Program-made: the position numbers and the translations under genes | Notes under the pieces: model-generated | Databases searched by the model: none | Seen by the model: the letters and a program-made list of their open reading frames with translations, nothing else | What the model was told of the DNA's origin: nothing | Virus record (IMG/VR): IMGVR_UViG_3300046311_000263 | Location: 13,376-77,375 of that record | DNA from: a virus | Direction: 5' to 3' (one strand) | DNA: 64,000 bases | Part shown: in pieces, positions 49,935-58,591 of the stretch | Position numbering within the stretch: position 1 is the stretch's first letter | Layout: each line of letters starts with the position of its first letter

Positions 49935-50318
49935 ATGAACCGCGATACCGTTCTGCTCTCGATCATCAAGCAACTTATGCTGTCCCTCGACTCCTATGAG
50001 ATGAGGGCTCTTCTGGAAAAGGTTCTGGACAAGGAGCCGGAAGCTATTGCTCGCGGCCTGGGTGTTCATGTCCCTGTCCCTGTGACTGTAGAGGCGACCC
50101 CGGCATGGGCGTATGAGACGGTTGCCTTTCTGCGGAGCGCACACAAGGTGTCAGCTATCAAGGCTGTGCGTGCCGCTACCGGCATGGGCTTGAAGGAGGC
50201 AAAAGACACGATTGATTACTTCAGCGGGTACGGGGACGTTACTCACTACGGCCTATGTTACAAGGGGCAGGAGGCTGTTGCTGCCCTGCGTCGTGTTACC
50301 GGTACACTCTATATCTAA
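49935..50318 (+). CDS. Protein with ribosomal bL12 (L7/L12) C-terminal-domain-like motif
   Basis: KVSAIKAVRAATGMGLKEAKDTID; AGGA SD. Confidence 0.75.
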   Translation: MNRDTVLLSIIKQLMLSLDSYEMRALLEKVLDKEPEAIARGLGVHVPVPVTVEATPAWAYETVAFLRSAHKVSAIKAVRAATGMGLKEAKDTIDYFSGYGDVTHYGLCYKGQEAVAALRRVTGTLYI

Positions 50319-50473
50319 GTAGAGCAATAGGGGTTAGCCCCTATTGGCGCCTAAATTATACCACATAATTTAGGCCCGTGTCAACGTGCAGGACGTAACA
50401 ACCTGTAACTTGTAAGGTTGTTGCATTCCTAGAATTTTGCTGCTATACTACGTTCATTGTATAGGAGATAGAG

Positions 50474-50605
50474 ATGAGCAACCCGAACCAAGCCCGCTAC
50501 CTGACCCTGATCTGCGAAGCTGAGCGTTGGGGGAATCAAAGGGCATGTACGAAGTTGCCGCTATCTACTACGCTGCTGCTAACAAGCTGGAGATTAACTG
50601 AATGA
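50474..50605 (+). CDS. Small ORF, possibly frameshifted in a G5 run
   Basis: AGGAG SD; alternative frame after TGGGGG reads GMYEVAAIYYAAANKLEIN. Confidence 0.5.
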   Translation: MSNPNQARYLTLICEAERWGNQRACTKLPLSTTLLLTSWRLTE

Positions 50606-50757
50606 AACTCTTTCGCATCGCCTACCGCTTCATGATCAGCGACTTTCATGTCGAGGTGCAGTTCCGTGCCGCAAACAAGCAAATAGCCAAGGAGCTATTC
50701 ACTGAATTCATGCAACCGCAACATACCGAGATCGTGCTGGTCGAAACTGTCAAGTAA
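50602..50757 (+). CDS. Hypothetical protein (51 aa)
   Basis: MKLFRIAYRF..., GGAG SD, ends at repeat. Confidence 0.7.
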   Translation: MKLFRIAYRFMISDFHVEVQFRAANKQIAKELFTEFMQPQHTEIVLVETVK

Positions 50758-50922
50758 TTAATTGTAACAGCAAGTTGCTCGCTGTTACAATTTTGCGCCA
50801 AAATTATACCATATAATTTTGGGGCGGGTCAAAAAAGAACTGTAACAACCTGTAACTTGTAGGGGTATTACTTCACTAGAATTTTTTATGTTATACTACG
50901 TTCACTTTATAGGAGATATGAG

Positions 50923-51108
50923 ATGCCTAAAGCTCTCGAAAACCCCGAAATCCCTCTCTACGTGCGTCGCGTGTTGGCCGATGCTGCGCTCGAATACGCT
51001 AACGCTTTGGTTAAGAGCGAAAACGTCGAGCGTGCCTTCCGAGCCCTCAACCTTGCAGCAGATGATGCGATAACGTGTCTGCGTGCCTCCTATCTGGGGA
51101 TGAAGTAA
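50923..51108 (+). CDS. Hypothetical protein
   Basis: AGGAG SD, promoter upstream. Confidence 0.75.
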   Translation: MPKALENPEIPLYVRRVLADAALEYANALVKSENVERAFRALNLAADDAITCLRASYLGMK

Positions 51109-51332
51109 TGAACGGGCTGCGTCAAGTTTCTAGCCCGATGGTGCTGATTCCTGCATACGGTCGCGTATACACTACCCGCGAGGCTATGCTAAAAGACTGG
51201 GAGGCGGGTAAAGATTTCCGTGTGGTTGGGCATGGGTGCTACACCAGTATCCGTGATCTGGCCATGTTGCGGGAAAGTAGCAGCAGCGTTACCCTGCACG
51301 AGCCGCGCGCGCATATTCACATCAAGCTGTAA
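51108..51332 (+). CDS. Hypothetical protein
   Basis: TAATG coupling; PAYGRVY..DWEAGKDF motif. Confidence 0.75.
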   Translation: MNGLRQVSSPMVLIPAYGRVYTTREAMLKDWEAGKDFRVVGHGCYTSIRDLAMLRESSSSVTLHEPRAHIHIKL

Positions 51333-51565
51333 ACAATAACCCTACAGGTTGTAGGGTTATTTGCGCCGATTATACCATATATAATCGCCCCGCGTCACGC
51401 GGAGAAGTGTAACAATGTGTAAGCACGTTGTTACGATTTGCGCCAAAATTATACCACACCGCGTATGCACTGTCTATAGGAGTTTACCACTAGCAAATAG
51501 TTGTTGACTCTGTACCTAGCAGGCATCATAATAGATTCATCGGATCAAGAAACGGACTGCCAAAA

Positions 51566-51754
51566 ATGACCTCCTCCAAGTTCACTCCCGCCGTCGGTCT
51601 GCGTTGCTGGGTTCGCGTGTACTCTAGCGGCCGCACGGAAGTTCACTTTGTGGAAATCGTCGAACTGTTCGGCGTGGTAGGTGCTCGCGTGCAGATCATT
51701 GGGGATCGCATCATCCGCGTTTGTCAGTCGCAACTGTGCGCTAACCCTGTCTAA
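51566..51754 (+). CDS. Hypothetical protein
   Basis: Promoter TTGACT-17-CATAAT upstream; stop codon begins the cassette repeat. Confidence 0.7.
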   Translation: MTSSKFTPAVGLRCWVRVYSSGRTEVHFVEIVELFGVVGARVQIIGDRIIRVCQSQLCANPV

Positions 51755-51785
51755 GGGTTTGTCCCAATAGCCTTAGGAGTTACAA

Positions 51786-51926
51786 ATGGACACGAATCCC
51801 AACATGTACAAGCAAATGAATTCCCGCTTTGCCTACGCGGCTGTCAATTCGTCATTCGCTGACAACTTCTACTGGCAGGACACTGGCGGTTTTGCGTCCA
51901 TGTGGCTTATGGGCGGCGAGCTGTAA
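51786..51926 (+). CDS. Hypothetical protein (46 aa)
   Basis: AGGAG SD; MDTNPNMYKQ...GGEL. Confidence 0.7.
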   Translation: MDTNPNMYKQMNSRFAYAAVNSSFADNFYWQDTGGFASMWLMGGEL

Positions 51927-51991
51927 GGGTTTGTCCTAATAGCGGCAGGACTGCAAAGCCGCTAAACTGTGATCTCACTTTTGGAGTTTCT

Positions 51992-52123
51992 ATGAACCGC
52001 TTTCAACGTGGCTTTACCCTGTTTGAACTGATCTTTGTGATCGTTTGGCTGGCCTTTGCTGGCGCAGGCATCTACCTGCTGTCCCTGGTGGTGCGTGCGC
52101 TGCTGAAATACATTGGCGGCTAA
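51992..52123 (+). CDS. Mini prepilin-like protein (class III signal peptide only, 43 aa)
   Basis: MNRFQRG|FTLFELIFVIV: Gly-1, Phe+1, Glu+5, hydrophobic helix; GGAG SD. Confidence 0.8.
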   Translation: MNRFQRGFTLFELIFVIVWLAFAGAGIYLLSLVVRALLKYIGG

Positions 52124-52189
52124 GGGTTTGTACTAATAGCGGCAGCACACAAAAGCCGCTAAACTGTGATCTCACTTTTGGAGTTTTTG

Positions 52190-52360
52190 ATGAAGATTTT
52201 TGCTGGTTTCCTAAGCCTTGTCGGCCTGATTCTGTCCTCGATTGTTGGGTACCAGCTGGTGCAGGCTGTGATGCCGTCGCTGTTTCCACTGTGGCTGGCT
52301 AGCACACTGTTTATTTGGTGTGGGCTGGTGGCTAATACTGTTTCCAGGATGGAACAGTAA
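52190..52360 (+). CDS. Small two-helix membrane protein (56 aa)
   Basis: GGAG SD; hydrophobic. Confidence 0.7.
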   Translation: MKIFAGFLSLVGLILSSIVGYQLVQAVMPSLFPLWLASTLFIWCGLVANTVSRMEQ

Positions 52361-52432
52361 GGGTTTGTCCTAATAGCGGCAGGACTGCAAAGCCGCTAAA
52401 CTGTGATCTCACTTCAACGATTGGACTGTAAA

Positions 52433-52603
52433 ATGAACCTGACCCGTGCAAACGAAATCCGCGCTTCCCTCGGTCTGGCTCCGGTGGCTGGCCCTGATGC
52501 TGTGGCTGTCCAGGCGCAGAAGCGTCGTCAGGCTGCCAACAAGGCCGCCCGCGCGCAGGAGTCGCGCGATCTGAAGGCCAAGCGAGGCAGCCGCTCCAAG
52601 TGA
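52433..52603 (+). CDS. Small basic protein (56 aa)
   Basis: NEIRASLGLAP then Arg/Lys/Ala-rich tail. Confidence 0.7.
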   Translation: MNLTRANEIRASLGLAPVAGPDAVAVQAQKRRQAANKAARAQESRDLKAKRGSRSK

Positions 52604-52743
52604 GCAAAGCCCCTACAAGCTGTAGGGGCTTTTTGCGCCAAAATTATACCATACAATTTTGGGGCGGGTCAAAAAAGAACTGTAACAACCTGTAACTTGT
52701 AGGGGTATTATACACCAGCGAATTTCCGTGCTAGAATGCATGC

Positions 52744-52959
52744 ATGGTCAAAATCATCTCCTGGATAGGTACTGCAACTAGCATTGCTGGATCTTTCATC
52801 GTTGCTTCACAAATGTTTTTGCTTGGCTATTGCTTTTTTCTCGTTGGCAGCGTATCATGGCTGTATGTCGGGGCTGTCCGTCGGGAGGCCTCCCTAGTAG
52901 TTTTGAACGGCACATTCTTTGCCGCTAACCTTTTGGGGCTTTACAATGCTGCATTTTAG
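52744..52959 (+). CDS. Small three-TM membrane protein, probably leaderless
   Basis: Hydrophobic; ATG 6 nt after TAGAAT. Confidence 0.75.
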   Translation: MVKIISWIGTATSIAGSFIVASQMFLLGYCFFLVGSVSWLYVGAVRREASLVVLNGTFFAANLLGLYNAAF

Positions 52960-53019
52960 CTTTTTGTTTGTCGTCATTCTGGCATTCGTGCCGCTCAGTA
53001 TTGTGTACAGGAACCTGAA

Positions 53020-53169
53020 ATGAAATTCGGTATTCTTTTCCAGCCGGGAGCTTTCTGGATCGGTGTGCATTATTCACCATTTTGCAAACGGTATTGCATC
53101 AATTTGATTCCGTTTGTTACCCTCTGGGTCGCTGAAAAAGACGGCAAAATTCCGCACTCCACGCGATGA
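53020..53169 (+). CDS. Hypothetical protein (49 aa)
   Basis: FWIGVHYSPFCKRYCINLIPFVTLW; AGGA SD. Confidence 0.7.
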   Translation: MKFGILFQPGAFWIGVHYSPFCKRYCINLIPFVTLWVAEKDGKIPHSTR

Positions 53170-53249
53170 AAGAATATCAGATTCAGAAACTGATAAATTC
53201 CGCGCTGCTGGAAGTACTTGCGATTTTTGGTTATTTGCCTAGGAGTTAA

Positions 53250-53451
53250 TATGTGGTTTCCGTACGATGATTCTAAGGTAAACGATTTTTTCAGCAAGGA
53301 AAAAGATTTCTTGCTGAAATTGGATTATACTCGTGTTGTGATAGCGGGGTTATTCAATAATGGCGTTGATGGGTATCAATGGATTACCAGCGAGAATTGC
53401 CGAGTAATTCCCAGGGATAGAATCACGGATTACATGAGCATTCCGGACTAA
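53250..53451 (+). CDS. Hypothetical protein
   Basis: AGGAG SD before MWFPYDD; start approximate. Confidence 0.6.
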
Positions 53452-53456
53452 ACAGC

Positions 53457-53609
53457 ATGAAAGATAATCAAATGTGGCAAAAATGGTTTGCTTGGTATCC
53501 AGTAGCTTTTGGCCCTTATATCGTGTGGATGAAAACTGTCCAGCGAAAACAAGTGATTATGGAGGGACGTAAATATTGGTTCTATCGTAGAAACGTATTT
53601 CCGCTCTAA
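53457..53609 (+). CDS. Hypothetical protein (50 aa)
   Basis: WFAWYPV...IVWMK motif. Confidence 0.6.
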   Translation: MKDNQMWQKWFAWYPVAFGPYIVWMKTVQRKQVIMEGRKYWFYRRNVFPL

Positions 53610-53739
53610 TAAATAAGGGGAAACCCTTATTTTTGCGCCAATTTTACCACATAAAATTGGGCCAGGTCAAAAAAGAATTGTAACAACCTGTAACTTGTAG
53701 GGCTATTGCTTCGCTAGAATTTTCTGTTATACTCTACGC

Positions 53740-54120
53740 ATGATGACACCTGAACAGATGCTGGCGGACGCTCTACCCTGGGCAGACTATTGGTGGGCGA
53801 AGTTTAAGGGCATATATCGCTTGACTAAGCCTATGTCGACGTTTAAAATGAATAAACGGCTTAAGACAACGGCCGGGCGTAATTTCTGGATCGAGCGGGT
53901 TATTGATCTAAGCGTGGAATTGTATGGACAATATCCAGACGAATTTCGGTGCGAGATAATCCCGCATGAGTTGGCCCATCAAGTTACGTTTGACGTATAT
54001 GGAGAATGTCGGCAGATTCACGGCACAGAATGGAAATCTGTGATGCGTGCGGTAGGTCGAGAGCCTAGCACGTATCACAGTATGGAAAATCAGATTCACG
54101 CAGCGAGGAAAGCAAAATGA
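53740..54120 (+). CDS. SprT-like zinc metalloprotease, probably leaderless
   Basis: RLKTTAG, HELAH, HGTEWK. Confidence 0.88.
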   Translation: MMTPEQMLADALPWADYWWAKFKGIYRLTKPMSTFKMNKRLKTTAGRNFWIERVIDLSVELYGQYPDEFRCEIIPHELAHQVTFDVYGECRQIHGTEWKSVMRAVGREPSTYHSMENQIHAARKAK

Positions 54121-54239
54121 AAATTTTCGAGATTGTGTTTTGGAACGGGCAGAGCCAAATTGTTTTTGCTGAAACCCGTCGCGAGATTCGCAAAAAATTC
54201 ATTGGTATTCGTGAAATTAACCGGGTGGAAATTCATTGA
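54117..54239 (+). CDS. Hypothetical protein (40 aa)
   Basis: ATGA coupling, GAGG SD. Confidence 0.6.
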   Translation: MKIFEIVFWNGQSQIVFAETRREIRKKFIGIREINRVEIH

Positions 54240-54600
54240 TGGAAGCCGTTACTGTTCTTTTGTGGTGCGCTGCAGCGCTGCCCCTTTCTTGTGTTTTGTT
54301 TGGTGCTATTCAGGGGTTGTTCGACCCTGATATTCCGGATATTACCCATTCGGATATTGATCCGGAAATGTAATAGTAACCAATAAGGGTAAACCCTTAT
54401 TGGCGCCATTTTACTGTGGTAAAATGGGCCGTGTCAAGCGGTACTGTGTAACAGTTTGTAACAGCGTCTGCCGATAGGTAGGCGCCAAAATTATACCACA
54501 CGCCGAAACGGCTGTCTATAGGTGTTTTCACCTAGAAAATAGTTGGCACGAAACGGAAAAGTGCGATAGAATAGCATCACTGTAGAGCAAAGGACGCATA

Positions 54601-55077
54601 ATGGCAACGATTCGCAAGGTTTCGATTTACGACATGGATGGCACGATTGTGGATTCGACGCATCGCTATCGCACGCAAACCATTAACGGCGTCGAGAAAA
54701 TTGACCTTGAATATTGGCGTGCAAATGAATATCGCGCAATGGAAGATGGTTTGCTCCCGCTGGCGGATCAGTATATGGACGAATTGCGCGATCCGTCCGT
54801 CTATGTGATTATTGCCACTGCCCGCGTTATGGGCGCTGCCGACTGGCAGTTTGTGCGCAATATTCTCGGCGAACCCGATTACTTTATTTCCCGCGCTGCG
54901 GACGATACTCAGTCCGGCGGTTCGCTGAAAATCAAGGGGTTGCAAAAGTTTTTCAATCTGCGGCAGTTTCGCAAAGCTGATGCGGTTTTCTACGAAGATA
55001 ATACTTCGTATCTGAAGGCGGTTTGTGACCATTTTCAAATTCGGGGTGTTTACATTCCGTCGAAGCAGGGGCACTAA
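54601..55077 (+). CDS. dmp: HAD-family deoxynucleoside-5'-monophosphatase (T5 Dmp-like)
   Basis: YDMDGTIVDSTHR, DGLLPL, IIATARVM, YEDN match recalled T5 Dmp motifs. Confidence 0.85.
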   Translation: MATIRKVSIYDMDGTIVDSTHRYRTQTINGVEKIDLEYWRANEYRAMEDGLLPLADQYMDELRDPSVYVIIATARVMGAADWQFVRNILGEPDYFISRAADDTQSGGSLKIKGLQKFFNLRQFRKADAVFYEDNTSYLKAVCDHFQIRGVYIPSKQGH

Positions 55078-55185
55078 AATGGGGGTTCTGTATATTTTCC
55101 TAATTCTTTTGGGAATATTCGGAGCCTATTTCCTGCTGGAATGGGCATGGGATTTTCTGGTTTCTTGGCCTTTTGAGGAATGAAT

Positions 55186-55353
55186 ATGGGTATGCTCGTA
55201 AATAAACTGATTTTCCAGCTTGGCAAAATTGAGCTGGAAATTTATCGGCTGAATACTGCTAAATCCTCGGCCGATATTTACGAGCGTAGTGAAATCCAAT
55301 ATAGGCTAGATAGCCTATACCGCGAGAAACAAGTATTGCTAGCGAGTATTTGA
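55186..55353 (+). CDS. Hypothetical coiled-coil protein (55 aa)
   Basis: GAGG SD; open frame. Confidence 0.6.
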   Translation: MGMLVNKLIFQLGKIELEIYRLNTAKSSADIYERSEIQYRLDSLYREKQVLLASI

Positions 55354-55601
55354 GATACTAATAAGGGTTTACCCTTATTTTTGCGCCAAAATTATACCAT
55401 ACAATTTTGGGCCGTGTCAATAGGGTAAACCCCTATTGACACAAACAAATGTGTAACATTTGTAACAGCTGTAGGCGCCAAAAATTATACCACACCCGAA
55501 AAAAGCTGTCAATAGGGGTTTGTCCTAGTGACGCGGTCGGCGGGATAGGGTAGACTCTACTTTGATCGCGCATTCCTGCCCGACATACTCTGGAATATAT
55601 A

Positions 55602-56300
55602 ATGGCCCGCAAGCAGTTTTTCATTGGTATTGATACTGAAACCACCATTACTGATAAGGTTGTGGATTTTGGCGCGGTTATTCACGATCGGGCCGGTAAT
55701 ATCTACGGCCAATGTGGCATTCTGGTTCGTGATGTTTTCGGCGTTGACGATTTGTTTTATGATCGTAATTCCTCGGGTATCTGGGCGCGTAATAGTATTG
55801 CCCGCCGGATGAATAACTACAACCAAATGCTGGATTCTGGTATTCGTATGTTGGCATCTGTTAATGCTATCAATAACTGGCTTGCTAAGGCAATTGGCAA
55901 ATATGATCCGACTATGTATGCCTATAATCTGGCATTTGACGAATCTAAATGCCGGAATACCGGAATTGATTTGAATGGGTTTTCCAATCGTTTCTGCCTT
56001 TGGGGCGCTGCGGTTGGCAACATCTGCAATACCAAAAAGTATCGGCAGTTTGTCATGGATAATCATCTGTTCAATAATCGTACCGAAAAGGGTAACATGA
56101 CCTTTTCGACTACTGCGGAATCGGTTACTGCTTTTCTTCGTGGCGAGTATACGGATGAACCGCATACTAGCGTCGAAGATATTATCGGGTATGAGATGCC
56201 GACCCTGGTACATATTCTGAAAAAGAAGGATTGGAAGGAAAAGATTACCCCCTATAACTGGCGCGGTTTTCAGGTCAAAAACCATTTTCAGGCTAAGTAA
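55602..56300 (+). CDS. DEDDh 3'-5' exonuclease
   Basis: IDTET, AYNLAFD, HTSVED. Confidence 0.88.
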   Translation: MARKQFFIGIDTETTITDKVVDFGAVIHDRAGNIYGQCGILVRDVFGVDDLFYDRNSSGIWARNSIARRMNNYNQMLDSGIRMLASVNAINNWLAKAIGKYDPTMYAYNLAFDESKCRNTGIDLNGFSNRFCLWGAAVGNICNTKKYRQFVMDNHLFNNRTEKGNMTFSTTAESVTAFLRGEYTDEPHTSVEDIIGYEMPTLVHILKKKDWKEKITPYNWRGFQVKNHFQAK

Positions 56301-56302
56301 TC

Positions 56303-56638
56303 ATGCGAATTCACGAATTTGTCGAGTATCTGGATCTGGAGTTTCCCTATACTATTAAGCTGAAAAGCAAAGGTTGTCGAGATACTGCCAGATACTGGAA
56401 TATGGTAAATGATGAACATGGGCTGGAGTATCACCTGATTCATGTTTATCTCGGGAATCTAGGTAAACCCGGTGAGCGAGATTTGGAAACCCTTATTGCC
56501 CATGAATTGATTCACGCATGGCAGACTGAGCAGAATATGGATGAAATTCACGGCAAGGGGTTTATTAAAATGGCGGGCAAAATGTCCAAGAAATTCGATT
56601 TACCCCGTATCTATATACCCGAGGTAGATATTCCGTAA
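56303..56638 (+). CDS. Second SprT-like metalloprotease
   Basis: TLIAHELIH, HGKGF. Confidence 0.75.
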   Translation: MRIHEFVEYLDLEFPYTIKLKSKGCRDTARYWNMVNDEHGLEYHLIHVYLGNLGKPGERDLETLIAHELIHAWQTEQNMDEIHGKGFIKMAGKMSKKFDLPRIYIPEVDIP

Positions 56639-57006
56639 AAAACCCCGAAAGGGGTTTTTTATTATCTGCGGGATACTAATAAGGGTTTACCCTTATTTTG
56701 CGCCAAAATTATATCATATAATTTTGGGCCCGGGCCAATTGATTTTTTCAATTGGCCCGTGAGACGCCATAGGTAAGGCCTATGGCGCCAAAATTATACC
56801 ATACCCGCAAAAAGCTGTCAATAGGGGAAAGCACCTAAAATTTAGTCTTGCGCGGGCCACCGGATTCGGGCATAATAGATTTATCGGATCAGGAAACAGA
56901 CAGAACGGGGCGCAACAAGCAAAGTCCCTACAGTTGACAAGGGTTTCTGGTTCGGTTATACTGTGTTCTCTGTTGATTAACTTGTGTCTCGAAAGGACTA
57001 CTGAAA

Positions 57007-57384
57007 ATGGCTACCGCTAAGACTGTGAACTACACCCCCGAACAAACCGCGGAACTCAAGGCCGCTTACGTGGCATCCCCGAATGCCGATACCGTGGCGC
57101 TGTTTGCCGAAAAGTTTGGCAAGACCGTGAAATCGGTCGTGGCGAAGCTCTCGCGCGAAGGTGTGTACAAGGCGAAGGAATATGTGAGCAAGACCGGCGA
57201 GAAGCCGGTGAAAAAGGATACGCACGCTGACGCTATCGGTGCGGTTCTCAAGATGACCGAAGCGGAAATCGAATCGCTGACGAAGGCCAACAAAACGGCG
57301 CTTGTCAAGATTTTTCAAGCTCTGGCAAATTCCAAGCCGTTGGAAAACGGCGAGGATCGGGCAGGCGAAAAGGCCCCCGAGTAA
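57007..57384 (+). CDS. A2: A2-like DNA-binding protein, paralog 1
   Basis: NYTPEQT, KSVVAKLSREGVY, SLTKANKTAL resemble recalled T5 A2/D3; two tandem promoters upstream. Confidence 0.8.
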   Translation: MATAKTVNYTPEQTAELKAAYVASPNADTVALFAEKFGKTVKSVVAKLSREGVYKAKEYVSKTGEKPVKKDTHADAIGAVLKMTEAEIESLTKANKTALVKIFQALANSKPLENGEDRAGEKAPE

Positions 57385-57855
57385 GCAATAGGGGGAAACC
57401 CCTATTGTAAAATCCTAGGACAAACCCGGCGCTCCGGGGGTCTTAAAATAAATCCTGTCTAGGTCAGGTGAGAATAGCCCTGTCAAGTACAGGGCTATTT
57501 TTTGGCCTGGCGCTGTTACAAACTTTTACATTTTTCCGCTTGACTTTTCGTGCGCAGCGTGTTATAATACAAGCGCAGGCGCGCCAAAATTTTGTTACAA
57601 ATTTGCGCCAAAATTATAACATATAGTTTTGGCCAGTGTCAACAACTTTCTTCTAGGGGTTTTCACCTATGTTTTTATTTTGGCGTCGTGAGATACTATC
57701 TTTGTTGGTTGAGGGGCTTTGTAGGGTGTGGGGGATAGGCTCCCACTCTGCCTAGCAGCGGATGACTCTAGCCGGGTACACTCTACAAAGCCCCTACAGT
57801 TGATAAGGTTTCTAGTTTCGGTTATACTGTGTTTCTACTTTGAAAGGTTCTGAAA

Positions 57856-58197
57856 ATGTCTGCTTCCAATTCCAAGCTGTCCGCTGTGCAAAAGAGTGAA
57901 CGTAGGCGGCTGCTTGCGGCGCTTCCCAAGGGTTCCGTTCTGGCAATGTCTGAATGTGGTGTTACCGTCCTGACGATTCCCGATGGTGCAGTTACTCGCA
58001 TGTATACGTCGGTTGCATCCCAGACGGAAAAAAAGCTGCGTCGCAAGGTTGGTGAGTACAACGTGCTGATGCGTGAGTATCATGGTGGTGGCGACGTGGT
58101 TTTGCAGCGTCATATGGATGCTGAGGGGGTGGTTGTCGATCTATTTGGTGGAGTGGCCGGAACCGAAGACGGTATGCCCTTCATCCGTTACCTGTAA
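57856..58197 (+). CDS. Hypothetical protein
   Basis: Promoter and SD similar to those of 57007. Confidence 0.75.
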   Translation: MSASNSKLSAVQKSERRRLLAALPKGSVLAMSECGVTVLTIPDGAVTRMYTSVASQTEKKLRRKVGEYNVLMREYHGGGDVVLQRHMDAEGVVVDLFGGVAGTEDGMPFIRYL

Positions 58198-58438
58198 TAG
58201 GCGAGTTAATTGAATAATATTCGCGCTCCGCCCTGACGGGTATATTATAAAAAATATTATAGATAAAACCCCGCGCGCTGCGGGGTTTTTGTTTGTCAAG
58301 CATTGTTACATTTGTTACACTTTGTTACAAGTTTGCGCCAATTTTACCACATAAAATTGGCGCACGTCAATAGGGGAAAGCACCTATATTTTTTGTTTTT
58401 TTCTGTGGCACAATGGATTTATCTGCTTAGGAGGTAGT

Positions 58439-58591
58439 GTGGCTAACAAGGAATACAAGCGCTATGCGTCTTTCGGGCCGGGCGGCTTCAATTGCGCTGC
58501 TCCGGGCAGGGTCAGAAAAGCGACCCTGAGGCGTGCAAAGCGCATCGAACGTGCTAAAATGCGTCGTCAGCTTGAAAAGGAATCGAAATGA
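58439..58591 (+). CDS. Small basic protein (50 aa)
   Basis: AGGAGG SD, GTG start, GPGG motif. Confidence 0.65.
   Translation: MANKEYKRYASFGPGGFNCAAPGRVRKATLRRAKRIERAKMRRQLEKESK

Larger units (their letters stand above)
51752..52415 (+). repeat. ~60-bp cassette repeat TAAGGGTTTGTCCTAATAGCGGC...GCCGCTAAACTGTGATCTCACTT (3 full, 1 partial)
   Basis: Copies begin at 51752 (partial), 51924, 52121, 52358. Confidence 0.92.

Noticed and set aside
51968-51978. CRP site (TGTGATCTCAC)
   Set aside because: Half-sites are separated by 2 bp, not 6
51752-52415. CRISPR array
   Set aside because: Repeats are about 60 bp, intervals are long, unequal and protein-coding, and no cas genes are present
57755-57780. 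Third hammerhead (CGGATGA)
   Set aside because: Core has G at U4 and no downstream GAAA
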